A stretch of 64,000 bases of DNA. It comes from a virus. The position numbers and the translations under genes were made by a program. A model generated the notes under the pieces. That model made no database searches. It was not told where the DNA came from and saw only the letters and a program-made list of their open reading frames with translations. The DNA is taken from positions 1-64,000 of the IMG/VR virus record IMGVR_UViG_3300025636_000001. One strand, 5' to 3'. Position 1 is the first letter of the stretch. Every line of letters begins with the position of its first letter. Shown one piece after another: positions 9,803 to 19,560 of the stretch.

Positions 9803-10149
9803 TGGCTCATCCATCATTACATGCTAAGAGTTCTGTGAGAAAATGGGGTGGTAAAGTTGAAGATTATGTGCACATTCATGATTGGTTTGATGAAACTAAA
9901 TCATGGGTGGGTCATAGTATTCATAGAATGTTCCGCCATCATTCAGAAGGAATTTTTGAAGCAGAAAGATTATTTGGAAATAGTTTTACTAACTCGGATG
10001 GTAAAACAGTATACACAAGATATGTTGGAGAACAACATGTAAAAGAAGATTGTAATAATTATATACCTTCTGCAAAAGAATGGTTGACTCACATAAATCG
10101 TGAAAAAAAACCACATTGGATGTCTAAAACTTTAAAAATAGAAGATTAA
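9802..10149 (+). CDS. DUF6915-like His-rich protein
   Basis: MAHP..HAKSS.RKWGG, HDWFDETK, HRMFRHH.EGIF, GEQHVKED. Confidence 0.65.
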   Translation: MAHPSLHAKSSVRKWGGKVEDYVHIHDWFDETKSWVGHSIHRMFRHHSEGIFEAERLFGNSFTNSDGKTVYTRYVGEQHVKEDCNNYIPSAKEWLTHINREKKPHWMSKTLKIED

Positions 10150-10578
10150 ATGAATAGTTTAAACATAAAAGATTATAAATCTTTAAATGAAATATTGTCT
10201 TCATCAGTAAAAGAAGATGTAAACATAGGATTGGAAAATTTAAAAAATTTAAATCTAGATCCTATTTATATATTGTTTTTTGCTAAGGATTCTAATAAAT
10301 CTACAAGAGAAAAAATAATTGAATCACACAGTGATATATTTAGTAATGATGGGTTTGATATTTTTAAACAGGAAATATCATCAATGTATAGATCAAATAC
10401 AAGCATAACAAATTTAAGTTGGCAGAATTTCTATAACTTTATCATTCAGTACCGTAAAGATGATGATGATGTTAAAACATTATTTGAATACTTATTTGAC
10501 AAGGAGATAAAAGGAACAATAGAAGAGGTAACTGATTATAAATTTAATTATGATATAAACATGAAGTTAAAATGGTAA
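10150..10578 (+). CDS. Hypothetical helical protein
   Basis: 142-aa ORF; shares a helical motif with the 13003 and 14024 genes. Confidence 0.65.
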   Translation: MNSLNIKDYKSLNEILSSSVKEDVNIGLENLKNLNLDPIYILFFAKDSNKSTREKIIESHSDIFSNDGFDIFKQEISSMYRSNTSITNLSWQNFYNFIIQYRKDDDDVKTLFEYLFDKEIKGTIEEVTDYKFNYDINMKLKW

Positions 10579-11735
10579 AAACAGCAGATCAACTTGCAAA
10601 AGCAAGTAAAACATTAATACTTGAAGAGCCCTTTTACGGGCTCTTTTTAGTTGGTCTTAATAAGACTTTTAGAAAAGACATACCAACCGCTGGTGTAAGC
10701 AAGCATGGTATAGGTGTACAGTTGGCAGTTAATCCTGATTTCTTTGATAACCTGAGTTTAGAGCACAGAGTTGGATTAGTTAAGCATGAGATATTGCATA
10801 TAAGCTTTGGTCACTTAATAATGCGTGATATATACAGTGACAAAAAGTTATTTAATATTGCTGCAGATTTAGAGATAAACCAATACATAGATTCAAGTTA
10901 CTTACCTGAAGGTGGCATTACAATGGATTCATTTCCAGAACTAAAACTACCAGTAAAAGCGGGTACTAAAGTCTATTATGATTTACTGTCAGAAGCTAAA
11001 GATGATGGGACATCTCCATCTCTTGACTCTATGCTTAATGATACTGAAGGAGATAGTCCTTATGATGCTCACGCTACATGGGATGAATTTGATGAACTTT
11101 CTGAAGCTGATAAAAAGCTTATAGAAAAACAAATAGAGCATCAACTTAAAGAAGTTGCAGAACAAACTGAGAAAAGACAAGGTACTATTCCTGGAGAATT
11201 AGGTGAGATAATATCTAGGTTGCGTCATGTTGAACCAGCAAAGTTTGATTGGAAAGCTTATTTAAGACGTTTTGTAGGTAATTCTTCTGTTGTATATACA
11301 AAGAAGCTAAGAAGAAAGTATAATAAGCGTTATATAGCAAATCCCGGTCTTAAAATTAAGTTTAAGAATCATATTCTTGTTGGTGTTGACACTTCTGGTT
11401 CTGTATCAAGCAGTGAACTGGTAGAATTTATGAATGAAATAAATCACATGCATAAAACCGGTCATAAAATTACAGTAGCACAGTGTGATACAAGATTAAA
11501 TTCTGTAGAAGACTTTAATCCAAAAAAAGATTGGAACATTAAAGGTAGAGGAGGTACATCTTTTCAACCTGTTGTAGATCACTACAATGAGTACGGGCGT
11601 TATACAGCCCTTATATATTTAACAGATGGTGAAGCATATAATCCAGACAACTGCCCTAAAAATACTCTTTGGGTATTAAGCAGCAGGTCTCATATGAATA
11701 ACGATTTACCAGGAAAAGTAATAAAATTAAATTAA
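10572..11735 (+). CDS. Metallopeptidase-vWA protein (DUF2201-like)
   Basis: HEILH zincin motif, NIAADLEIN, MIDAS VDTSGS, GRGGTSF, YLTDG. Confidence 0.88.
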   Translation: MVKTADQLAKASKTLILEEPFYGLFLVGLNKTFRKDIPTAGVSKHGIGVQLAVNPDFFDNLSLEHRVGLVKHEILHISFGHLIMRDIYSDKKLFNIAADLEINQYIDSSYLPEGGITMDSFPELKLPVKAGTKVYYDLLSEAKDDGTSPSLDSMLNDTEGDSPYDAHATWDEFDELSEADKKLIEKQIEHQLKEVAEQTEKRQGTIPGELGEIISRLRHVEPAKFDWKAYLRRFVGNSSVVYTKKLRRKYNKRYIANPGLKIKFKNHILVGVDTSGSVSSSELVEFMNEINHMHKTGHKITVAQCDTRLNSVEDFNPKKDWNIKGRGGTSFQPVVDHYNEYGRYTALIYLTDGEAYNPDNCPKNTLWVLSSRSHMNNDLPGKVIKLN

Positions 11736-11747
11736 TAAAAAACAATT

Positions 11748-13001
11748 ATGGCACAAGTAAATTTAAACATTGATGAAGTAAAAGATTTTGTAAATCACAT
11801 CATCACAAACAATCGTAAGATACAAGCAGAAGGTAAAAATCCAGTAGCAATTGAAGTTGTTGGTGAATCAGGTATCGGTAAAACATCTACTATTATAGAA
11901 TTAGCAAAAGAAAATAATTTAAACTTTGTTAAGTTAAACTTAGCTCAGATAGAAGAGCTTGGTGACTTAGTTGGTTTCCCTGTACGTCAATTTCAGATGT
12001 ATACAGAAAAAACAGTTAAGAAAGTAAATGATTTAAACTATACAGCAAAAGCAGGTGCTGATCTTGCAAAACTAGGAGGCACAGTGACTAAGAAAGTTGG
12101 TCAATGGGTTGATGAGTTAGCAGTTGATGCATATCTAAAGAACGGATATAAAATGACTGGTAAAAACAGAATGTCTTATGCAGCACCAGAATGGATTGCT
12201 GATGTAAAAGAAGGTGGTATTTTATTATTGGATGACTGGAACCGTGCTGATGTGAGATTTATTCAGGCAGTTATGGAATTAATTGATCGTCAGACTTATA
12301 TTTCATGGTCTCTTCCAAAAGATTGGCATATTATATTGACAGCAAACCCGGATAACGGTGATTATATGGTAAACAGTATTGACAGTGCACAAAAGACACG
12401 TTATATTACTGCTAACTTAAAGTTTGATGTTAATGTATGGGCTCGTTGGGCAGAAGAAGCTGGTATAGATACAAGATGTATTAACTTTTTGTTATTACAC
12501 CCTGAGTTAGTAACACAAGAAACTAACTCAAGATCTATTACTACATTCTTTAACTCTATTTCAAGCTTTGACAATTTTGAAGATAACCTTAGTATGATCC
12601 AAATGATTGGTGAAGGTTCTGTAGGTGATGCATTTGCATCTATGTTTACAACTTTTATTAATAACAAACTGGACAAACTGGTAACACCTAAAGATTTATT
12701 GGCTCATGATAATGAATCATATATTCTTGGTGAACTAAGAGGTTGTGTTGGAAAAGATGATGCTTACCGTGCAGATATTGCATCTACACTTGCAACACGT
12801 TTGGCTAACTATGCTGTTGTATATTCTAAAGACAATACAATTACTCAGAAGATCACTGATAGATTAATAGCTCTTTGTACAAAAGACTATTTCACTAATG
12901 ATCTTAAGTATTTGATTGTACGTACAATATTTAATGGCAACAAAGCTAAGTTTAACAAAATGATGATGAATGCTGATATCATCAAAATGACAATGAAGTA
13001 A
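11748..13001 (+). CDS. MoxR-like AAA+ ATPase
   Basis: GESGIGKT Walker A, LLLDDWNRA Walker B, TANP sensor, DSAQKTR; follows the vWA gene. Confidence 0.85.
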   Translation: MAQVNLNIDEVKDFVNHIITNNRKIQAEGKNPVAIEVVGESGIGKTSTIIELAKENNLNFVKLNLAQIEELGDLVGFPVRQFQMYTEKTVKKVNDLNYTAKAGADLAKLGGTVTKKVGQWVDELAVDAYLKNGYKMTGKNRMSYAAPEWIADVKEGGILLLDDWNRADVRFIQAVMELIDRQTYISWSLPKDWHIILTANPDNGDYMVNSIDSAQKTRYITANLKFDVNVWARWAEEAGIDTRCINFLLLHPELVTQETNSRSITTFFNSISSFDNFEDNLSMIQMIGEGSVGDAFASMFTTFINNKLDKLVTPKDLLAHDNESYILGELRGCVGKDDAYRADIASTLATRLANYAVVYSKDNTITQKITDRLIALCTKDYFTNDLKYLIVRTIFNGNKAKFNKMMMNADIIKMTMK

Positions 13002-13002
13002 A

Positions 13003-14022
13003 ATGGCAACAAAATCAGTATATCAAGATTTTGATACTGATGCATTGACACACTTTGGATTGGATAGTGCCCCATTATATGGGGTGCTAACCTCTTCAGG
13101 TGTTGAAGATGTATTAGCTACTCAAGATGAAACAACGTATGACAATATAGTCAGACTGTTATCTGTACCAACAGAAACAGATCAGACATTTATAAACAAA
13201 AAGAAAGCTTTCATATTACCCAGATGTAATGTATCACAAGATAGATTGAAAGCAGCTTTAAAAGAGCATAAGATCACAGTAACTAATGATTATACATTGG
13301 CTGATCTTATAATTGGACATGATGAAATATTTGGTAAGTTCCAAAACGGTCTGAATATACCTAGTACGTATATGGCCGGTAAATTATGGAATATGGAAGC
13401 TATATCTTCTACCAATGGGTCTATACTAGATGTGGATAACCATAATAATCATGTTATAGTAACAGAAAAGGTTACAGATAAAGTTAGATATTATAGTTTA
13501 GATGTTGAAGAGAGTCTTTATGATGAGTGGATGCTTACAGGTATGGCAATTAACTTAGCACATAAAATTGATACAACATCTGTTTCTGTAGTTGATGCTG
13601 AAACAGTACTTCATTCTTCTGCAAATAAAATTGTATTAGATGAAGAAATGTTAGAGTTATTAGTTTCTCAATTGAATTCTTATGACAGTGCAGATCATGA
13701 TTTAGCATCAAAGATAATTCCAACTATTGATTATACTAAGAACATACATTTATTATGGGAGTTTGCTCAAAAAGCTTACAGTAATATGTATAAGTTCAAT
13801 AGAAATAAAGATATTCAATATTGGATGGATCAATCAAACTTCAACAAATTATCACGTAATACAGCTGAAGATATGATATTAATGTTGGAGAAAGAAGATA
13901 AGCTTTCAAAAATTACATTCAGATACTTTGAGCCTATATGTAGAAAAGACATACAGATTTATAACAGGAATCTGTATACGTTTAAAGTTAATGTAAAAAA
14001 AGAATATTTAAAATATTTATAA
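13003..14022 (+). CDS. Hypothetical protein with a BRCT-like segment
   Basis: KKAFILPRCNVSQDRLKAALKEHKITVTNDYTLADLII; paralogous to the next gene. Confidence 0.6.
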   Translation: MATKSVYQDFDTDALTHFGLDSAPLYGVLTSSGVEDVLATQDETTYDNIVRLLSVPTETDQTFINKKKAFILPRCNVSQDRLKAALKEHKITVTNDYTLADLIIGHDEIFGKFQNGLNIPSTYMAGKLWNMEAISSTNGSILDVDNHNNHVIVTEKVTDKVRYYSLDVEESLYDEWMLTGMAINLAHKIDTTSVSVVDAETVLHSSANKIVLDEEMLELLVSQLNSYDSADHDLASKIIPTIDYTKNIHLLWEFAQKAYSNMYKFNRNKDIQYWMDQSNFNKLSRNTAEDMILMLEKEDKLSKITFRYFEPICRKDIQIYNRNLYTFKVNVKKEYLKYL

Positions 14023-14023
14023 G

Positions 14024-15124
14024 ATGAAGAAAATATATAATTATCACTTTAGAAATGGATCAGGTGCTATATTTGACAGTTTTGATATGTATCTGTCATA
14101 TTTTGCAGGTACAGGCCAGTTTGATATTAAAGGTATAAATATTAGTAAAGTTAATACTGTAGATATACAAAGTAAGTCTTTCTATAGATATCCTAAATTA
14201 GATTTACCACGTATGAAGGTAGATTTATTAAAGGAGAAGTATGACATTTCTATTACCAGAAATAAAGATACAGCGGATTATAAGGTTGTATCATCTAAGT
14301 ATCTTAATAACTTAGCAACATATTCTTGGGAGTCATTATATTTAGTTAGTGATGTAATTAAAAGTTATAAAGCTAAAGGTGCTGGGGTTGTGGATGCTGA
14401 TACTTTAAATAATTTTATATCAGAGCTTGAGCTTTATAATCAAGATGATCTTGTTTCTATTAAAGCTCAGTACGGTTACAATCAAATAAATATGGATAGC
14501 TGTTATCCTGAAAGAACACATTACAATCATTATTATTTAGATAAAGAAGGTTATGATGAGATTGTAGGAATAACATCTTCAAGTAATGTTATATTAGATT
14601 CAAACCTTAATGAAATAATTTATGAGGGTTTGCATATATTAACTCAGGAGGAGTATTCTAACGCAAGAAAAATGATTAAGTCTGATGATTTAGAAAACAG
14701 GGCTTTAGCTTTAGAGTTACTTTCAAATTGTAACTTAACTAAGTCATTTGACTATGTATCATTGTTATATTATTTTTACTATGATTACTTAAAAGATGCA
14801 AGAAACTGGAATAGTGTTAATGTGAAAACTTTGAAAGCAAGTTTGAAAGAGTTTTCACCATACACACAGACTAGATCCGGTCATTACTATAATACATACC
14901 TAATGAAGTTGATAGAGGCAGATCATTTTAGTGAGTTTGCTTTTAAAGAGTGCGCTAGATATGCTTTTCATAATGTAGTTAAATCTCATATGGGTTTATC
15001 TGATGATAGCGTGTTTACTATAAACTTAGATGCCATTAAGGTTAATCCAAAGTATATAGATAAACTAAAAAGAGAAGCAAGTTTTTTTAACACAGAGTTA
15101 GAAGAACAATTAATAACAATTTAA
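14024..15124 (+). CDS. Hypothetical protein with a BRCT-like segment (paralog of 13003)
   Basis: KSFYRYPKLDLPRMKVDLLKEKYDISITRNKDTADYKVV. Confidence 0.6.
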   Translation: MKKIYNYHFRNGSGAIFDSFDMYLSYFAGTGQFDIKGINISKVNTVDIQSKSFYRYPKLDLPRMKVDLLKEKYDISITRNKDTADYKVVSSKYLNNLATYSWESLYLVSDVIKSYKAKGAGVVDADTLNNFISELELYNQDDLVSIKAQYGYNQINMDSCYPERTHYNHYYLDKEGYDEIVGITSSSNVILDSNLNEIIYEGLHILTQEEYSNARKMIKSDDLENRALALELLSNCNLTKSFDYVSLLYYFYYDYLKDARNWNSVNVKTLKASLKEFSPYTQTRSGHYYNTYLMKLIEADHFSEFAFKECARYAFHNVVKSHMGLSDDSVFTINLDAIKVNPKYIDKLKREASFFNTELEEQLITI

Positions 15125-15179
15125 GGAGAATATTGCCATAATCGTGGAGGGCCCTTATGGGTCCTCTCTCCTTATTTTT
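15122..15179 (+). terminator. Nested hairpin, terminator or structured RNA
   Basis: Outer TAAGGAGA/TCTCCTTA and inner GAGGGCCC-ttat-GGGTCCTC stems, followed by a T tract. Confidence 0.55.
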
Positions 15180-15189
15180 AAAACAAATT

Positions 15190-16173
15190 ATGATAGATAC
15201 ACAAAAAGAAGAAGAGTTTTATTCTAAAGACTTTTCATTTAGCTATTCTTCATTGAATAGATTATTATTTTCCCCGTCCCTGTTTTACAAGGACTATATA
15301 TTAAAAGACAGAGAAGTCAAAACAGATAAGTATCTTGTTGAAGGAAAGCTTGTACACTGTTTGGTATTTGAACCAGAGCATGTTAATGATAAGTTTAATG
15401 TTGTCCCTGGTAGTGCACCATCAGATAATGTAAGAAAGATATTCAAACATTTATCTACTGTTACAGACTCAGAGACTCTTGGAGGTATTGATAACACAAT
15501 CATACTTGACACTTTAAAAGAGTTTAATTTGTACCAGTCACTTAAACTGGATGATGCTAGAATAGCAAAGATTAAAGTTGATGACTATGAGCCTTATTGG
15601 AAGTTTCTTTTAAACACTAACGTTGATGTGATTGATCAAGATACTCTTGCTAAATGCACAGAGTACGCTGAAATAATTAAAAGCAATAAAGATGTAATGA
15701 GTCTTTTTAGTAAAGCAGCAACTGAATTTGATTTAGATCCTATTCAGACATATGCTGAGAAACCTTTGTCTTGTGATTTAATTGATAAACCTTTTGGTTT
15801 AAAAGGTATTATTGATTTCTATAAAGTTGATGCTGATGAAAAACTGGTCACAATTTGTGACCTCAAGACAACCAGTAAGTCTATATCAGACTTCAGAGAG
15901 ACTATAGATTTCTATAAATATTGGTTACAAGCAGCTATTTATTGTAAATTAGTCTATGAAAATTTAGATGAGTCAGAGAAAGATTACTCAATTATTTATA
16001 AGTTTGCTGTGATAGATAGTTACAAGCAAGTTTATGTATTTGATGTATCTTCTGAGACATTATCAATATGGACTGAGGGTTTAAGGGATGTTCTTACTGT
16101 TGCAGAATACCACTACAAAGAGAGAAACTACACTTTGCCTTATGAATTCTTAGCTAAAAAAGTTATATTATAG
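15190..16173 (+). CDS. PD-(D/E)XK exonuclease (RecE/RecB-like)
   Basis: SYSSL, GKLVHCLVFEP, KGIID, ICDLKTT, YWLQAAIY; start moved to the ATG at 15190. Confidence 0.85.
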   Translation: MIDTQKEEEFYSKDFSFSYSSLNRLLFSPSLFYKDYILKDREVKTDKYLVEGKLVHCLVFEPEHVNDKFNVVPGSAPSDNVRKIFKHLSTVTDSETLGGIDNTIILDTLKEFNLYQSLKLDDARIAKIKVDDYEPYWKFLLNTNVDVIDQDTLAKCTEYAEIIKSNKDVMSLFSKAATEFDLDPIQTYAEKPLSCDLIDKPFGLKGIIDFYKVDADEKLVTICDLKTTSKSISDFRETIDFYKYWLQAAIYCKLVYENLDESEKDYSIIYKFAVIDSYKQVYVFDVSSETLSIWTEGLRDVLTVAEYHYKERNYTLPYEFLAKKVIL

Positions 16174-16174
16174 T

Positions 16175-16756
16175 ATGGCTGGTGTATATACACAATACTT
16201 CCAAAAAAGTAAAGTTTTTTTATATCCTTTACTGAAACTAAAAAAAGGTATAGCTTTTGTCCCTGAACAAACATATATTTCATGGGATAAATTTTATAAA
16301 CCTGAAGACATGAAGTTTATGTGTTTATACAATGCAAAAGCGGATTCAAAATATATAGAGTTTGAGTCTAAATACATCAAAAATCATCCACTACTTGAAG
16401 CATATTTTAACCTGGGAAATGATCAACATATATATGTTTATGATTTTTCAAAATACAAACATGATTTTAACTCTTTTATTGATGGTAAGTATTCCAAATT
16501 TAGTATAAACACAAAGGAAACAATTACAAAATTCTTTGGTACTGTAGGTAACATATCACAATATGTAGAAAGTTTTTTATCACCTGATTCTTTTCATGAA
16601 ATTTATGCAAGAGAATTAGGTGTAGATCTTTCTATTATAGAAACTGTGCATGAATTATGTTCAGTTCCTGATATTAAAAAAGAAACATTATTTGAAAATA
16701 TCCCAGATGAAATAGAATTATTTAAAAACAATTTTATATCTTTGGACAAACATTAA
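16175..16756 (+). CDS. Hypothetical phage protein
   Basis: 193-aa ORF coupled to the exonuclease gene. Confidence 0.7.
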   Translation: MAGVYTQYFQKSKVFLYPLLKLKKGIAFVPEQTYISWDKFYKPEDMKFMCLYNAKADSKYIEFESKYIKNHPLLEAYFNLGNDQHIYVYDFSKYKHDFNSFIDGKYSKFSINTKETITKFFGTVGNISQYVESFLSPDSFHEIYARELGVDLSIIETVHELCSVPDIKKETLFENIPDEIELFKNNFISLDKH

Positions 16757-16762
16757 AAATCA

Positions 16763-17182
16763 ATGGCAAATTTAGGAAACAATATGATGCTTGTAAACTC
16801 TGTATTCAGAGGAGCAAGATCATTTAGTCTAGTACCGGTGAGCTTAGAATCACCTTATATTGAAGCCATGTTTGACCCAACGTCAAGCATATTAGCTGTA
16901 ATTGGAAAAGAGAAGAAAGAATCTTTTCATATGATGCCCCGTCTTGATGAAAGCGGTCAGCCTCAAAGATTAAAAGTTCCAAATAATACAACAGGTAAAA
17001 CTGTTAAGGAACAAAGAGTAACTCTTAATACTTTTCAAGAGTATTATATTAATGATAAAGCTGACATTGAAACATTCATTGAGCTTTTTGCAATAAATGC
17101 ATCTTCATTTAATTATAAAGAGTTCTTAGAGGTAAATATTGAAGAAACAAAAGTTTCTAAAATTATTATGCCAGGTCAATAA
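16763..17182 (+). CDS. Hypothetical phage protein
   Basis: 139-aa ORF; TATCTTTG promoter-like motif at 16737-16744. Confidence 0.7.
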   Translation: MANLGNNMMLVNSVFRGARSFSLVPVSLESPYIEAMFDPTSSILAVIGKEKKESFHMMPRLDESGQPQRLKVPNNTTGKTVKEQRVTLNTFQEYYINDKADIETFIELFAINASSFNYKEFLEVNIEETKVSKIIMPGQ

Positions 17183-17225
17183 ATTATACATTTTCTTTAG
17201 TCTACTAAAGAGATAATATCAGATA

Positions 17226-17259
17226 CCAAAAAAAGCTCATTAATTTGGGCTTTTTTTGG
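17226..17259. terminator. Bidirectional-type rho-independent terminator
   Basis: CCAAAAAAAGCTCA-ttaat-TTGGGCTTTTTTTGG. Confidence 0.75.
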
Positions 17260-17276
17260 CTCTAATAAGTAAAGTT

Positions 17277-17558
17277 ATGAAGCAATTAAAGAATGAAGAA
17301 ATAATTGATATTAATATCTTATGTGCACTAACAAAATGTTTAGGTGAAGTTTCTCACAATTTACAATATGTTCTTTCTCAAATGGAAAAGAAAAAACTAA
17401 AGAATTGTATTCAAAGTATTAGTGCTTTTGAAAGAGAAATAGATAAAAGATTTCATGGATCACAAAAAGATGCAGTAGAATCAGTATATGACGTAATAAT
17501 GGATTTAATACTTGAAGCAAGAGAAGTAAGTCTTAAAAATGCAACAAATAACAATTAA
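17277..17558 (+). CDS. Hypothetical protein
   Basis: ORF; start moved to the ATG at 17277, after the terminator. Confidence 0.6.
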   Translation: MKQLKNEEIIDINILCALTKCLGEVSHNLQYVLSQMEKKKLKNCIQSISAFEREIDKRFHGSQKDAVESVYDVIMDLILEAREVSLKNATNNN

Positions 17559-17562
17559 AAAG

Positions 17563-19560
17563 ATGGAAAAAAAACATTGGGTACATGATTATGAAACACT
17601 ATCTAATTGTTTCACAGCCGTCTTTGAACATTATAAAACAACAGAGACAGAAATATTTGTAATTCATGATCTAAGAAATGACTTTAATAAGTTTATAGAT
17701 TTTCTTGAACAGAATGTTAAAAATAAAGAATGGCATATATCATATAATGGTTTAGCCTTTGATGGTCAGATTACTCAATATATAGTAGATAATCACTATT
17801 TGTGGTTAGATTTAACAGGTTGTGAAATTGCAAATATTATTTACAGGTATGCTCAATACTGTATAGAAAAGTCTAACAAGAAGGAGTTTATGGATTATCC
17901 TCAGTGGAAAATGAAAATAGGTCAGATTGATTTATTTAAAATGCATCACTGGGATAACCCTGCAAAACGTTCAGGCCTCAAATGGATTCAGTATAGTATG
18001 GATTGGGAAAACATATTAGATATGCCTATTCATCACACTGCAGAGATTACAACACTTGAGGAAATTGATACTGTATTAGAATACAATATTAATGATGTTA
18101 AGTCAACCAAAGAAATATTTAATAGGTCTAAGGATCTAATTAAGTTAAGAAAGGAGTTGACTAATACATATGATATAAATTTATACAGTGCCAGTGAGCC
18201 CAGGATAAGTAAAGAATTATTTGCTTATTACATGTGTGAAAAACTAAATATACCTAAAAGAGATCTTAAGCAAATGAGAACTCATAGAAGTATTGTTAAG
18301 TTTAAAAATATTATACTACCTTATATTAAATTTACATCTCCACAGTTTCAAAATCTTCTTGAGAGATTTAACGCTGTAGAGTTAGATCCTAACAATCTTA
18401 AGGGTGCTTTTAAGTATTCTGTAAATTATAAGGATGTTAAAACTGATTTTGGTGTAGGTGGTGTTCACGGTGCAAGAAAGGCTGGAGTGTATACATCAAA
18501 TGATGACTATGTAATAATGTCATCAGATGTTACATCATTTTATCCTAATCTTGTAATTAGAAATGGATGGGCTCCGGGACATTTTCCTGCTAAAGATTTT
18601 TGTGATCAGTATGAATGGTTTTTTGATGAAAGAAAAAAAATTCCTAAATCAAATCCCATGAATTATGTTTACAAGATTATATTAAATTCAACCTTTGGTC
18701 TAAGTAATGATAAGAACAGTTTCTTTTATGATCCTGAACTTACAATGAGGATTACAATTAATGGTCAGTTAAGTCTAGTTATGTTATATGAAATGATTAT
18801 GGAAAGAATACCTGATAGTAAAGCATTAATGCAAAATACTGATGGTATAGAAACAATTATTCCAAGAAAATATGTAGATGAATACATGGCTATTTGTAAA
18901 GAGTGGGAAGATCTTACAAATTTACAGCTAGAACATGATGAATATCAAAAATTAGTATTAGCCGATGTAAACAACTACATAGGGCTTAATAACTATAAAG
19001 AAGTAGATATGACCACTTGGAGAGACGTCAAGAAAAAAAACCCTCATTATAAATTTAAAATAGAAGGTAGTAAATTCTTTTTTGCTCCCACCAAAACAAA
19101 AGGTAGATTTGATTTCTTTAACTTACAATTACATAAAAATAAATCAAAACTTGTTATACCTAAAGCAATTTTTTATTATTTTATACATGACATGTTACCT
19201 ATGGATTATTTAAATGAAAATAATAACATTTTAGATTATTGTATAGGTGGTAAATCTAAAGGAGATTGGAAACAGGTGGCAAAGTCAATAAAAGATGGAG
19301 CATACCATGAAGAAGATCTGCAGAAGATAAATAGGTATTATATTTCTAAACAAGGTGTAAAGATTGTTAAAGTAAACAAATCAGACGGTAGAGAAATTCA
19401 ACTAGAATCTGGTAGATGGGTGCAAACAGTTTTTAATAAAATGGAATTAAAACCTAAGTGGGATGCTTATGGCATACACAAAGGTTACTATTTAGAAGCT
19501 ATTGAAAAAGAGATAGATAGTATAATGAATGTAAGTGCAAATCAGTTAACACTATTTTAA
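17563..19560 (+). CDS. polB: Family B DNA polymerase
   Basis: ExoI HDYET, ExoII YNGLAFD, ExoIII YNINDV, motif A SDVTSFYPN, motif B KIILNSTFG, motif C NTDGI. Confidence 0.92.
   Translation: MEKKHWVHDYETLSNCFTAVFEHYKTTETEIFVIHDLRNDFNKFIDFLEQNVKNKEWHISYNGLAFDGQITQYIVDNHYLWLDLTGCEIANIIYRYAQYCIEKSNKKEFMDYPQWKMKIGQIDLFKMHHWDNPAKRSGLKWIQYSMDWENILDMPIHHTAEITTLEEIDTVLEYNINDVKSTKEIFNRSKDLIKLRKELTNTYDINLYSASEPRISKELFAYYMCEKLNIPKRDLKQMRTHRSIVKFKNIILPYIKFTSPQFQNLLERFNAVELDPNNLKGAFKYSVNYKDVKTDFGVGGVHGARKAGVYTSNDDYVIMSSDVTSFYPNLVIRNGWAPGHFPAKDFCDQYEWFFDERKKIPKSNPMNYVYKIILNSTFGLSNDKNSFFYDPELTMRITINGQLSLVMLYEMIMERIPDSKALMQNTDGIETIIPRKYVDEYMAICKEWEDLTNLQLEHDEYQKLVLADVNNYIGLNNYKEVDMTTWRDVKKKNPHYKFKIEGSKFFFAPTKTKGRFDFFNLQLHKNKSKLVIPKAIFYYFIHDMLPMDYLNENNNILDYCIGGKSKGDWKQVAKSIKDGAYHEEDLQKINRYYISKQGVKIVKVNKSDGREIQLESGRWVQTVFNKMELKPKWDAYGIHKGYYLEAIEKEIDSIMNVSANQLTLF

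Noticed and set aside
13431-13439. Perfect DnaA boxes (TGTGGATAA at 13431; TTATCCACA at 48519)
   Set aside because: Isolated copies inside coding sequence with no clustering; consistent with chance
15190-16173. Cas4 annotation for the nuclease
   Set aside because: Lacks the Cas4 Fe-S cysteine cluster and has no CRISPR context; better read as a recombination exonuclease
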